Assembly (NCBI GenBank): GCA_002315875.1 | Contig: DCIL01000013.1 | Coordinates: 3,168 to 67,167, forward strand | Direction of reading: 5' to 3' | Origin: Verrucomicrobia bacterium UBA1727 | GTDB taxonomy: Bacteria > Verrucomicrobiota > Kiritimatiellia > RFP12 > UBA1067 | DNA: 64,000 nucleotides | In this document: positions 8,107 to 16,791 of the stretch, one piece after another | Layout: each line of letters begins with the position of its first letter | Position numbering within the stretch: position 1 is the stretch's first letter | Translations under genes and position numbers: made by a program | Notes under the pieces: model-generated | Database searches by the model: none | What the model was told of the DNA's origin: nothing | What the model saw: the letters and a program-made list of their open reading frames with translations, nothing else

Positions 8107-9321
8107 TTATTTCAATTCCTTGTTTACCACCGCACAGATGCAGCAGTCGGACCACACGTTCTCCGCCGTCTCGATCATGTCGATGATGGTGTAGATCGGA
8201 AGGATCACGCCGAGAACACCGAGCGGACCACCCACGCCGGCCATGAGCGAAAGCGTCAGGAAGTAGCAACCCATCGGAACGCCCGCGTTGCCGATCGCGC
8301 AGAGGACGGCAATGCCGCACCAGACGACCATCATGCCGAGCGAGGGGAGCATTCCGCCGCACTTCATCACGAAGAGCGAGGTGACGAGAATGAAGGCCGC
8401 GCAGCCGTTCATGTTGATAGTGCAGCAAAGCGGCAGGATGAAACGGGCGACCTCGGGCTTCGCGCCCATGTTCTTCTCGGCGGTGGCGACCGTGACCGGC
8501 AGCGTCGCGGCGGACGACTTGGTAAAGAGCGCCATCAGAAGAGCCGGTGTCATCTGCTTCATGACCTTGTAGCCGTTGACGCCGCGCAGGAAGCAGAAAA
8601 GCGGCAGAATGAGGAAGATCTGAAGGACATTGGCGCCAAGCACGACGGCGACGTACTTTCCGATCGAACCGATTGCCATGCCGCCGAAATCGCGGGCGAG
8701 CTGCTCGGAGAACGCGACGATGCCCAAGGGAAGCGCCCAGATGAGGCCCTTGATGATCGTGAACATCACCTTCTGAAGCCCGGTCAGGCACTGGAGCAAC
8801 GCCTGCGCATGTTCATCCTTGCCGAGGAAAGCGAGAGAAACACCGAAGGCCGCGGCAATGAAGACGACCGGAAGCACGTTCCCCTCTAGGAAGGGCTTGA
8901 TCAGATTACTCGGCAGCGAATTGAGGATGTGTCCGTAGACCGAAAGCGGCTTGGCGCCGAGGTTCTGGACCATTCCGACCTGTGCGCCGGCCTTGATGGC
9001 ATCGTTGGAAAGCGCGTCCGGGGAGATGAGGAGGAAGAGTCCGAGACCGACGAGCGCGGCGATGAAGGAAGTTAGAACCGTGTAGGTGAAGGTCTTGCGG
9101 AAGATGCGTCCCGAACCCTCCTTGCCGAGTCCCGCGAGAGCAGTGATGACCGCGAGCGCGACCGTCGGAATCGCAACGAACTTGAAGCAGCTCGTATAGG
9201 CCGAAGCGAGGAAATCCATGAAATCATCGACCTTGCCCCAGCCGTTCTTGACGCTGAAGGTACCGATGACGGCGCCGATCACGAGCGCCAGTGTCCAGAT
9301 GATTATCTGCTTGAACTTCAT
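8107..9321 (-). CDS. dicarboxylate/amino-acid:cation symporter (DAACS/SDF family)
   Basis: 404-aa polytopic protein with SDF signatures TKSSAATLPVTV and CTINMNGCAAF. Sits between rnfA and rnfB. Confidence 0.75.
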   Translation of the reverse strand: MKFKQIIIWTLALVIGAVIGTFSVKNGWGKVDDFMDFLASAYTSCFKFVAIPTVALAVITALAGLGKEGSGRIFRKTFTYTVLTSFIAALVGLGLFLLISPDALSNDAIKAGAQVGMVQNLGAKPLSVYGHILNSLPSNLIKPFLEGNVLPVVFIAAAFGVSLAFLGKDEHAQALLQCLTGLQKVMFTIIKGLIWALPLGIVAFSEQLARDFGGMAIGSIGKYVAVVLGANVLQIFLILPLFCFLRGVNGYKVMKQMTPALLMALFTKSSAATLPVTVATAEKNMGAKPEVARFILPLCCTINMNGCAAFILVTSLFVMKCGGMLPSLGMMVVWCGIAVLCAIGNAGVPMGCYFLTLSLMAGVGGPLGVLGVILPIYTIIDMIETAENVWSDCCICAVVNKELK

Positions 9322-9355
9322 TTTATTTGTCCTTTTGTTTACCGAGTGAATTGAA

Positions 9356-9943
9356 TTAATAAGGAAGTTTTACGAGGCCGGAGAAGCCCATGAACGCGAG
9401 CGAGAGAAGTCCGCCCGTCACCAGCGCAATGGCAATGCCGCGGAACGAGCGCGGCGGATTGGCGTGGGCGAGCTTTTCGCGGATGCCAGAGAAGATCAGA
9501 AGCGCCACGCCGAAACCGACGGCCGCGGCAAAGGAGAAGAAGACGGACTCGAAGAATCCGCTCCCCTGCTTGCAGTTGATCTCCGCCACGCCCAATACCG
9601 CGCAGTTGGTGGTGATGAGCGGCAGGAAGATACCGAGCGCCGCGTGGAGCGGAGGAAGGAAGCGCTTCATCGCGATATCGATGAACTGCACGAGCGCGGC
9701 GATCACCAGAATGAATGCGAGCGTATGGATGTAGCCGAGGCCGTTGGGCTGCAGAAGCCAGTGATCGATTGCCCAGGTCACTCCCGCGGCAACTGTCATC
9801 ACGAAGATGACCGCGCCGGACATTCCGAGGGCCGTTTCGGTCTTCTTCGAGACCCCGAGGAACGGACAGCAACCGAGGAATCGGCTGAGGACGAAGTTAT
9901 TTACCAGGACCGCACCGACGAGAATCATCAGATAGTAGCTCAT
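9356..9943 (-). CDS. rnfA: Rnf complex subunit A
   Basis: Start set at ATG 9943 ([34 protein letters not shown]). [23 protein letters not shown]. These match the RnfA rather than the RnfE pattern. Confidence 0.85.
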   Translation of the reverse strand: MSYYLMILVGAVLVNNFVLSRFLGCCPFLGVSKKTETALGMSGAVIFVMTVAAGVTWAIDHWLLQPNGLGYIHTLAFILVIAALVQFIDIAMKRFLPPLHAALGIFLPLITTNCAVLGVAEINCKQGSGFFESVFFSFAAAVGFGVALLIFSGIREKLAHANPPRSFRGIAIALVTGGLLSLAFMGFSGLVKLPY

Positions 9944-9962
9944 AGCTTCCGTATAATACCAT

Positions 9963-10760
9963 TTATTCACCAAGTATATCAAGCGTATCGAGGTCGATAC
10001 TGCCCGTAAACACCTTCTTCACCGGACCGGTCAGCGTGATGTTGCGGAAAGCCCCGTCCACGTGTTCTCCGTCCACCAGCAGTTCAAACCCGCAGGCAGT
10101 GGAAACGCGCACGGGGAAAGCGAGTCCGTAATTGGCGACTCCGACCACCGCGGTAGCGACCGCACCGGTGCCGCACGCACCCGTCTCCGCCTCGACTCCG
10201 CGCTCGTAGGTGCGAACGTTAGCACGGTTAGGTGCACGGTAGGTGACGAAGTCCACATTGGTTCCTGCGGGGGCGAACTCGTCCGAAAGCCGGATGCGCC
10301 GCCCTTCGCCGTCCACATCGGTCTTCGCAAGGTTCTCGACTACGACAACCTTATGCGGTACGCCGGTGTTGACGAAGTCGCCTTTGAGATTCTTCGGATC
10401 GGGCATGCGGATGCAGACGAGCGATTCGGATTTGATTTCCGCCTCGACGACTCCCGCGAGCGTCTCGAAGCGCATGATGTCCGATGCCGCCGCACCGATT
10501 TCGCGCGCGAACGCGGCAACGCACCTGGCGCCATTGCCGCAGAGCTCGGCCTCGCTGCCGTCGGGATTGTAGAAACGCATCCGGAAGTCCGCCTCGCCTT
10601 CCGGCTTCTGCACGAGGATCACGCCCTCGCAACCGATGCCGGTGCCGCGGGCGGCCATGGTAGAAAGACAACGCCAATCGCCATGGAAGCGTCCGTCCCG
10701 GTCATCGATCATGATGAAGTCGTTGCCGGCTCCGTGCATCTTGACGAAATCGAGTTTCAT
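9963..10760 (-). CDS. dapF: diaminopimelate epimerase
   Basis: [23 protein letters not shown]..., the two catalytic Cys contexts ELCGNGARC and GACGTGAVA. Alternative start at 10775. Confidence 0.85.
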   Translation of the reverse strand: MKLDFVKMHGAGNDFIMIDDRDGRFHGDWRCLSTMAARGTGIGCEGVILVQKPEGEADFRMRFYNPDGSEAELCGNGARCVAAFAREIGAAASDIMRFETLAGVVEAEIKSESLVCIRMPDPKNLKGDFVNTGVPHKVVVVENLAKTDVDGEGRRIRLSDEFAPAGTNVDFVTYRAPNRANVRTYERGVEAETGACGTGAVATAVVGVANYGLAFPVRVSTACGFELLVDGEHVDGAFRNITLTGPVKKVFTGSIDLDTLDILGE

Positions 10761-10765
10761 ATCGC

Positions 10766-12940
10766 TCACCACCATCCTTTCAATTCGGGAACCGACTCGC
10801 CGCCGGTCATCCGGATGAGATCCATAAGCACCTTGTACGCCTCGTTGAGAACGACATCGTCCTTCTTCGGCTCGTTGCGCTTGCGACGGCGCTTCTTCGC
10901 CGCGGTCTCCTCGTCATCGTCCTCATTCTCCTCGTCATCGAGTTCCCTGAGTTCGCGATCCTTGCGCATCTGCTCCTTGCGCGCGGCGTATTCGATGCTG
11001 ACGAACTCGCGTTCACTGATCTCCTTCATGCCACGGACGTTCTCAAGGTGACGGACGAAGCGCGGATCCTTCGAAGTGCGGTTGACGGAGCGTTCGCGCA
11101 GGACCGGAACGTAGGAGTTGAGATTCCAGGACATATCGTAGTCAGCCGGGAGAATACGGCTGAAGGGCAACGAGTAGGTGAGCTTGTCCTCACCAACATC
11201 CAGAGAATCGAGCAGCGACGGCAGATGAATGTCGGACGCAATGCCTTCGAGCTGCGTAGACCTGCCGTCGATACGATAAAAGCGCGCCGTGGTGATCTTG
11301 CAGGAGCCATATTGCTGCGGACCGAGTCCAAGCACTGTCTGCACCGTGCCCTTGCCGTGCGAGCGGCTGTCGCCGAGCACTACCGCACGACCAGTATCCT
11401 GAAGGTGCCCCGCAACGATCTCCGAGGCCGAGGCCGAGGCGCGGTCAATGAGCACCACTACCGGCTTCTTGAAGGCAATCGCTCCACCCGGAGGAATCGG
11501 GAGCGCGATGCAAGCACGGACGTCCCGAATCTGCACCACCGGTCCCGCCTGTACGAAGAGCGCCGACATGCGCACGGCCTCAGCCAGAGAGCCGCCACCG
11601 TTGCCGCGCAGGTCGAGCACGAGTCCCTGCACGCCCTGGGCATTGAAATCGGCGATGTGCTTCAAAACATCGAACGAGCAGCTCCTGAAGCCCTCCTGAT
11701 TCTGTTTCTTGTCCATCGTTCCGTAGAACGTGGGAAGATAGACATATCCAAGCTGAGCCGTAAGTCCGTCCATCGAAACGCGCTCAACGTGTCCCGTAGC
11801 GGCCTGATCTTCGAGCTTGAGCTCATCACGAACAAGTTCGATGCGCTTACGGGTGGCGCCGGACACATCCGAGCGCGGAATGATCTCGAGGGTGACGCGA
11901 GTGCCCTTCTTGCCGCGGATCTTGCGGATGGACTTCTTCATCGGCTGCCACATGACGTCTTCCATCTCGCCATCACCCTGCTTGACGCCGACGATCTTAT
12001 CACCCTCCTTGATGCGCCCGTCGCGATCCACGGGACCTCCCGCCATGATCTCGACGATCTTCAAGGCGCCGTCGTCCATCGACAGCACCGCACCGACTCC
12101 GCAGAGCGACAGACTCATCTCCATGTCGAAGTCCTCCTTGGTGTCCGGCGACATGTAATCGGTGTGCGGATCGTAAGCGCGGCAGAGCGCAGAAAGATAA
12201 TGCTGCAGCACCGCTTCCTCGTCCGGCTCGATAAGCACGGTCGCATACTGGCGATACTTCTTGACGAGATCCTGTTCGACGGTGGCCGGCGGCTTGTTCG
12301 TCACCGCCTCAACCGCATTCGTCCCTCCACCTACACCTACACCTACACCTACACCTACACCTACACCTACACCTACACCTTCCCCCTTCACCTTATTCCC
12401 TTTTCCTTTTTCCTTTTTCTCTGCATCAAGCTCGCGCGCGATCTTGGCGACCAGCACCTCGTTTTTCATACGCCGCCGCCAATGATCCTCGGCCTCGGCG
12501 CGCGTCTTCGGCCACGGCGCGTCCTTGCGCTTGATGCGATAGGATTCGTTGGTCGAGAAATCCCACTCCGCCTTCATCAGCAGATTGGTCGCGAAATCGA
12601 TACGCTCTTTGAGCCGCTCGACATAGAGGTTGTGGACATCAAAGCCGAACGAAATGTCGCCGGCCTTGATTTCATCGTCGAGCTTCAGCTCGCGCTTGGC
12701 GAACTTATCGAGATCGCCCTGCAGAAAGACGGAATGGTCGAAATCGTAATAGGTGACGAGATTCGTCCACGCCCGCCGCGAAATCTCATCATCAAGCTTG
12801 TGCTGCAGGACGTGGAGCTTCGGCAGCTTTCGTCCGAGATCTTTTCCGATATGTCCGTAATAATTGCGCGGCTCGACCGCGGCGGATGCCGCGAGCGCCG
12901 TCAGCAGAATTAACGAAAATGCAGTTCTGACCTTAACCAT
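10766..12940 (-). CDS. prc: tail-specific (C-terminal processing) protease, peptidase S41
   Basis: Start at ATG 12940 (MVKVRTAFSLILLTALAASA signal). Prc-type N-domain, PDZ-like segment (GAVLSMDDGALKIVEIMAGGPVDRDGRIKEGDKIV), S41 core (DLRGNGGGSL, VLIDRASASASEIVAG, SHGKGTVQ). Carries an inserted KG-rich plus (GV)n low-complexity segment. Confidence 0.85.
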   Translation of the reverse strand: MVKVRTAFSLILLTALAASAAVEPRNYYGHIGKDLGRKLPKLHVLQHKLDDEISRRAWTNLVTYYDFDHSVFLQGDLDKFAKRELKLDDEIKAGDISFGFDVHNLYVERLKERIDFATNLLMKAEWDFSTNESYRIKRKDAPWPKTRAEAEDHWRRRMKNEVLVAKIARELDAEKKEKGKGNKVKGEGVGVGVGVGVGVGVGVGGGTNAVEAVTNKPPATVEQDLVKKYRQYATVLIEPDEEAVLQHYLSALCRAYDPHTDYMSPDTKEDFDMEMSLSLCGVGAVLSMDDGALKIVEIMAGGPVDRDGRIKEGDKIVGVKQGDGEMEDVMWQPMKKSIRKIRGKKGTRVTLEIIPRSDVSGATRKRIELVRDELKLEDQAATGHVERVSMDGLTAQLGYVYLPTFYGTMDKKQNQEGFRSCSFDVLKHIADFNAQGVQGLVLDLRGNGGGSLAEAVRMSALFVQAGPVVQIRDVRACIALPIPPGGAIAFKKPVVVLIDRASASASEIVAGHLQDTGRAVVLGDSRSHGKGTVQTVLGLGPQQYGSCKITTARFYRIDGRSTQLEGIASDIHLPSLLDSLDVGEDKLTYSLPFSRILPADYDMSWNLNSYVPVLRERSVNRTSKDPRFVRHLENVRGMKEISEREFVSIEYAARKEQMRKDRELRELDDEENEDDDEETAAKKRRRKRNEPKKDDVVLNEAYKVLMDLIRMTGGESVPELKGWW
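12327..12380. repeat. hexanucleotide tandem repeat (CTACAC)x8 inside prc
   Basis: Eight perfect copies at 12331..12378 with partial flanks. Encodes the (GV)n tract. Confidence 0.95.
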
Positions 12941-13611
12941 CACATTGCCTCCATAAGCGCCGCCAGCCGCTCGACATCGGGCTGCGGCAAAACCGTACGT
13001 GTGGACGAAAAACTCTCGCTGATCTCCGCGGCGTTGATGACCATCACCCCGCCGACATCCGCCCTGCGGGCAACGAAGGTGTCGGACGCGAAGACGAGCA
13101 CCGGCAGGATACGTCCGGTCCATCCCGACTCGGCAAGCCGGTCGCGTAGCATCATCGCCTCGCGGAGCGCCTGTTTGAGGGGTGGACGCGAGGGAAGTCG
13201 TCCATCGACCAGGACGTGTCCGTCCTCCACCGTCACCGCACCGCTCCAGAACTTCGTCTCGACCGAGAAGACTCCGCTCGGACCGATTACGACGTGATCG
13301 ATGTGGTGGGACCCGACCGCGAAATCATTGAAGACGTGATAACCTTCGGAGAGGTTCTTCAAGATCTCCGAAACCTTCTCCTCACCGCGCGCACCCTTGA
13401 AGAACCGCTCGACGTGACGGAGTCCCTTATTGAGCGACCAGAGAATGTACACAATCGACGCGAAGAGCGCAATCGCCGCGTAAACGACGGAAACGAAAGC
13501 GAGCGCCACCGAGAAGCCCGCGGCAAAAACGCCGAGGAAGAGCGGCCACAGTCCCGTGATCATTCCCTTGACCCTGGCCCACTCGCCAGGCACTCCATGC
13601 ATCACAGCCAT
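12940..13611 (-). CDS. membrane-anchored NERD (nuclease-related) domain protein
   Basis: 223 aa. Two N-terminal TM helices, then the NERD pattern GARGEEKVSEILKNL..GYHVFNDF..IDHVVIGPSGVFSVETK. Its stop overlaps the prc start (TGATG). Confidence 0.7.
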   Translation of the reverse strand: MAVMHGVPGEWARVKGMITGLWPLFLGVFAAGFSVALAFVSVVYAAIALFASIVYILWSLNKGLRHVERFFKGARGEEKVSEILKNLSEGYHVFNDFAVGSHHIDHVVIGPSGVFSVETKFWSGAVTVEDGHVLVDGRLPSRPPLKQALREAMMLRDRLAESGWTGRILPVLVFASDTFVARRADVGGVMVINAAEISESFSSTRTVLPQPDVERLAALMEAM

Positions 13612-13613
13612 TT

Positions 13614-15341
13614 TCAGTTTCTCCTCTCCGAAATCTTGGATACGATTGCGTCAACCGTGAACCCGTAACGCTCCTCCAGCGCGGTGACAGGTCCATGCGG
13701 AACGAACTCATCCGGCCAGCCGAAGCGCAAGTCCGCACCGATCGTCTCGCCGAAACCACCCGCGAGGCATCCGTTCTCCAACGAAACGATGCGCTTGCCG
13801 TCCGCGCGCTGACGGTCGAGCAGCCCACGGTCGAAGGGCTTGAGCGACCGCGCGTAAACGACTCCCGCGCCCGTCCGCTCCGCTACCTCCATCGCCTTCA
13901 CGAGCTGATCGCCGGTCGCCCAGATCTGAGTGGCGGCGGTGGCGTTCATGACCTGCACCGAAAGTCCGTCTTCGGAGACATTGAGCGGCGCACCGACTTT
14001 GCCGCGCGGATAGCGGATCACCGTAGGACCCTTCCGCTTCAACGCCTCCGCAAGCAGCAGATCGAACTCGACCGCATCGCACGGTTGGACGATCGTGAGA
14101 TTGGGAACGGTCTTGAGCATTGCGTAATCGAAAAGTCCCTGATGCGTAACGCCATCCGCCCCGACCACTCCCGCACGATCCACGCAGAAGACGACCGGCA
14201 AGTTGGCGATCGCGACATCGTGCACGATCTGATCGATCGCACGCTGAAGGAAGGTAGAGTACACCGCGACGACGGGACGCATCCCGCCCGCCGCGAGGCC
14301 AGCGGCAAAGGCGACGAGATGTCCCTCGGCGATGCCGACATCATAGAAGCGCGTCGGAAATTCCTTGGCGAAACCGGCAAGTCCGGTGCCGGTCTTCATG
14401 CCCGCCGTGAGCGCGACGATGCGCTCGTCCGTGCGCGCATGAACGGACAGTGTCTCGCCGAAGACCTCGCTCCATCCGCGGCAGTTGGTGGTGGCGGCGG
14501 ACGGACCGCCGGCCGAAATTCCGTGCCAGGTCTCGGGATCGGCCTCAGCCGGGGCGTATCCCTTGCCCTTCTTCGTGACGACGTGCACCACCACGCTGCG
14601 CTTGTCGTTCTTCGCAACCGTAAACGCCGCGATGAGCTGCGCGACATCGTGTCCGTCCACCGGGCCCACATACCGCACCCCGAACTGCTCAAAAAGACGG
14701 TTCGCAAGGAAAAGCCCCTTGATGCGGCTTTCCATCCGATGGTAGGCCTCGCGAAGGAAGGTAAGTCCCAATCGATGGCCAGCACTCTCCGCGGCGGACT
14801 TGGCGCGATTGTAGCCGACGGACGAGAGGAGCCGTCCGAACATCCGCGCCATGGCGCCGACTGGACGCGAGATGCTCATTTCGTTGTCGTTGAGCACGAT
14901 GATCAGCTTGCGAGTCGAGGCCTTGAGATTGTTGAGCGCCTCGAAAGCGCAACCATTGGCAAACGCCGAGTCGCCGATCACCGCCACCACATGCTCGTCG
15001 CCACCGCGACGGTCGCGCGCCGCGGCAAGTCCCGCGGCAACTGAAATCGAAATTCCCGCGTGTCCTGAGACAGCAGCGTCCGCGGCACTTTCCGAAGGCA
15101 GCGGAAACGGGGCGATGCCATCAAGCTGGCGGAGAGTGTCGAAGCGCTCGGCGCGTCCGGTCAAAAGTTTCCACGCGTACGCCTGATGTCCGACATCCCA
15201 TACGACGCGATCCTTCATCGGATCAAAAACCTCCGCCAGCGAATACGCGATCTCCACCGCGCCCAGGGACGACGCAAGGTGTCCGCCCCGCTTGAGCGAG
15301 GTCTCGACTATCGTCTTGCGAAGCTCCTCTGTCGTCATCAT
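13614..15341 (-). CDS. dxs: 1-deoxy-D-xylulose-5-phosphate synthase
   Basis: Start at ATG 15341 (MMTTEELRKTIVETSLKRGGHLASSLGAVE). DVGHQAYAWKLLTGR, GDSAFANGCAFEALNN, transketolase-like pyrimidine-binding and C-terminal domains. Upstream ORF extension rejected because it overlaps the GT39-like gene. Confidence 0.9.
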   Translation of the reverse strand: MMTTEELRKTIVETSLKRGGHLASSLGAVEIAYSLAEVFDPMKDRVVWDVGHQAYAWKLLTGRAERFDTLRQLDGIAPFPLPSESAADAAVSGHAGISISVAAGLAAARDRRGGDEHVVAVIGDSAFANGCAFEALNNLKASTRKLIIVLNDNEMSISRPVGAMARMFGRLLSSVGYNRAKSAAESAGHRLGLTFLREAYHRMESRIKGLFLANRLFEQFGVRYVGPVDGHDVAQLIAAFTVAKNDKRSVVVHVVTKKGKGYAPAEADPETWHGISAGGPSAATTNCRGWSEVFGETLSVHARTDERIVALTAGMKTGTGLAGFAKEFPTRFYDVGIAEGHLVAFAAGLAAGGMRPVVAVYSTFLQRAIDQIVHDVAIANLPVVFCVDRAGVVGADGVTHQGLFDYAMLKTVPNLTIVQPCDAVEFDLLLAEALKRKGPTVIRYPRGKVGAPLNVSEDGLSVQVMNATAATQIWATGDQLVKAMEVAERTGAGVVYARSLKPFDRGLLDRQRADGKRIVSLENGCLAGGFGETIGADLRFGWPDEFVPHGPVTALEERYGFTVDAIVSKISERRN

Positions 15342-16762
15342 TTGCCTTTGCGCCTGAGAATCAAAAGCGTCGTCGCGTTCTGTCCGAAAGCGTCCACCTT
15401 GTCCGCCAGCTCGTACGAACGCTTGAGCGTCTGCCAGTATTCCATCTGCTTCTCGATGGACCGCTCGGTACACGCCGGCGGCTCGACTGCGAACGTGTAG
15501 CCGGAAAGCGCCGCGACCGGCGCATCCGCCGTTCCAAGGAGCCGCTTCCAACCGTCGTCATCAAGGATTGAAAACGGCCCCATCTCCAGTCCCCGCGGCA
15601 CTTTGCGCCCCGTCTCGATGGCAAGATAAAGGTCTTGGGTGAAAATCTTCTTTCCGCCTGGATCCATCTTCTCGATTCGCCGCGCCACGTCCCGAAGCTG
15701 TGCAAGTTCGGTGGAATCCTTCTTGAGCGACCAGAAGCGGTCCTGTCCGTTGACGGACCACCTCTCAAGTAGCGGCGAGCCGAACGCCGTGGCAAAGGCA
15801 AGGCCAAACACCAGCAGCAACGACTTGTCGCCGAACGCAGCGGAAGCCGAGAAGCGCACTGCCGCGAAGACGGCCAGAAGCGCCATCACCGGAACCTGAT
15901 AGTCCTCATACGGGAACGGTGCAAGCATCTGCAGCGTGAAGACGGCGGCGAAGGCGATGAAAAGCAGCCACTCCTTTCCTCCGCGGCGACTGAAGCCGAG
16001 ACCGAGAACGATGAAGATCGGCAGATACCAACGGACGAGCCGACTGAAGCTGCCAACCGTCCAGACGAGGTCAAAGCCACTGCGCGCGGCGTGATAACGC
16101 TGCGCCGCAATCAATCCGGCGAGTGAACCTGAATCTGCAAGGAACGGTCCGTAGACGAGAATAAGTCCGAGAAGTCCGCCAAGCGTGAAGAACGCAACCT
16201 CCCGCCAGTGACGGGCGAAGAGAAACCAACATCCGACAACCGCCAGCAATAGGCCGAGAGAAATCCGCGTGCCCGCGGCAAACGCGAAAGCCACCGCGGC
16301 AAAAAACACATGACGCGGAAGCAGGAAGAAGCCCATCAGCACCAGCAACGAGCCGAGCGCATACGTCTTGGGGATCGCCAGATAATAAAGGTGATAGAGA
16401 TTGACCGCAAGTAGGAGGAAAGCAATGAGAGCGGACTCTGCCTTGCGTTCTTCGGGTGCGAGACGGCGAGCAATGGCAACCGCGAAAAGAATGCCGGCAA
16501 GGCCGAGCACGAGAGTGAACACACGCGCGCCAAGTAAACCCCAGCTATTCCAGACCCAACTGAAGAAGGAATAGACGATCGGCATGAGCGGACCTTGCGT
16601 GTAGGCAAAATCGCGATACGGCATATGCCCATCAGCGACCATGTTGGCGGCATAAAGGTACCAGCCCTCGTCCTGATTAAGTCCGCCCATCCATACGGCG
16701 GCGGACGCCAAAACGACCATAGCGCCGATGGCCAGAATGGCATATATACGTCTTACTGTCAT
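15338..16762 (-). CDS. polytopic glycosyltransferase, GT39/ArnT-PMT-like
   Basis: 474 aa, about 10 TM helices, N-terminal loop motif NQDEGWYLYAANMVADGHMPYRDFAYTQGP typical of GT-C family ArnT/PMT_2-like enzymes, soluble C-terminal domain. Confidence 0.6.
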   Translation of the reverse strand: MTVRRIYAILAIGAMVVLASAAVWMGGLNQDEGWYLYAANMVADGHMPYRDFAYTQGPLMPIVYSFFSWVWNSWGLLGARVFTLVLGLAGILFAVAIARRLAPEERKAESALIAFLLLAVNLYHLYYLAIPKTYALGSLLVLMGFFLLPRHVFFAAVAFAFAAGTRISLGLLLAVVGCWFLFARHWREVAFFTLGGLLGLILVYGPFLADSGSLAGLIAAQRYHAARSGFDLVWTVGSFSRLVRWYLPIFIVLGLGFSRRGGKEWLLFIAFAAVFTLQMLAPFPYEDYQVPVMALLAVFAAVRFSASAAFGDKSLLLVFGLAFATAFGSPLLERWSVNGQDRFWSLKKDSTELAQLRDVARRIEKMDPGGKKIFTQDLYLAIETGRKVPRGLEMGPFSILDDDGWKRLLGTADAPVAALSGYTFAVEPPACTERSIEKQMEYWQTLKRSYELADKVDAFGQNATTLLILRRKGK

Positions 16763-16791
16763 TTAGGCGTATATTATACCATAAAACGCTG

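Noticed and set aside
9356-9943. Possibility that this gene is the missing rnfE rather than rnfA
   Set aside because: The sequence follows the RnfA pattern ([41 protein letters not shown]) rather than the RnfE pattern. The absence of rnfE from the window therefore stands.
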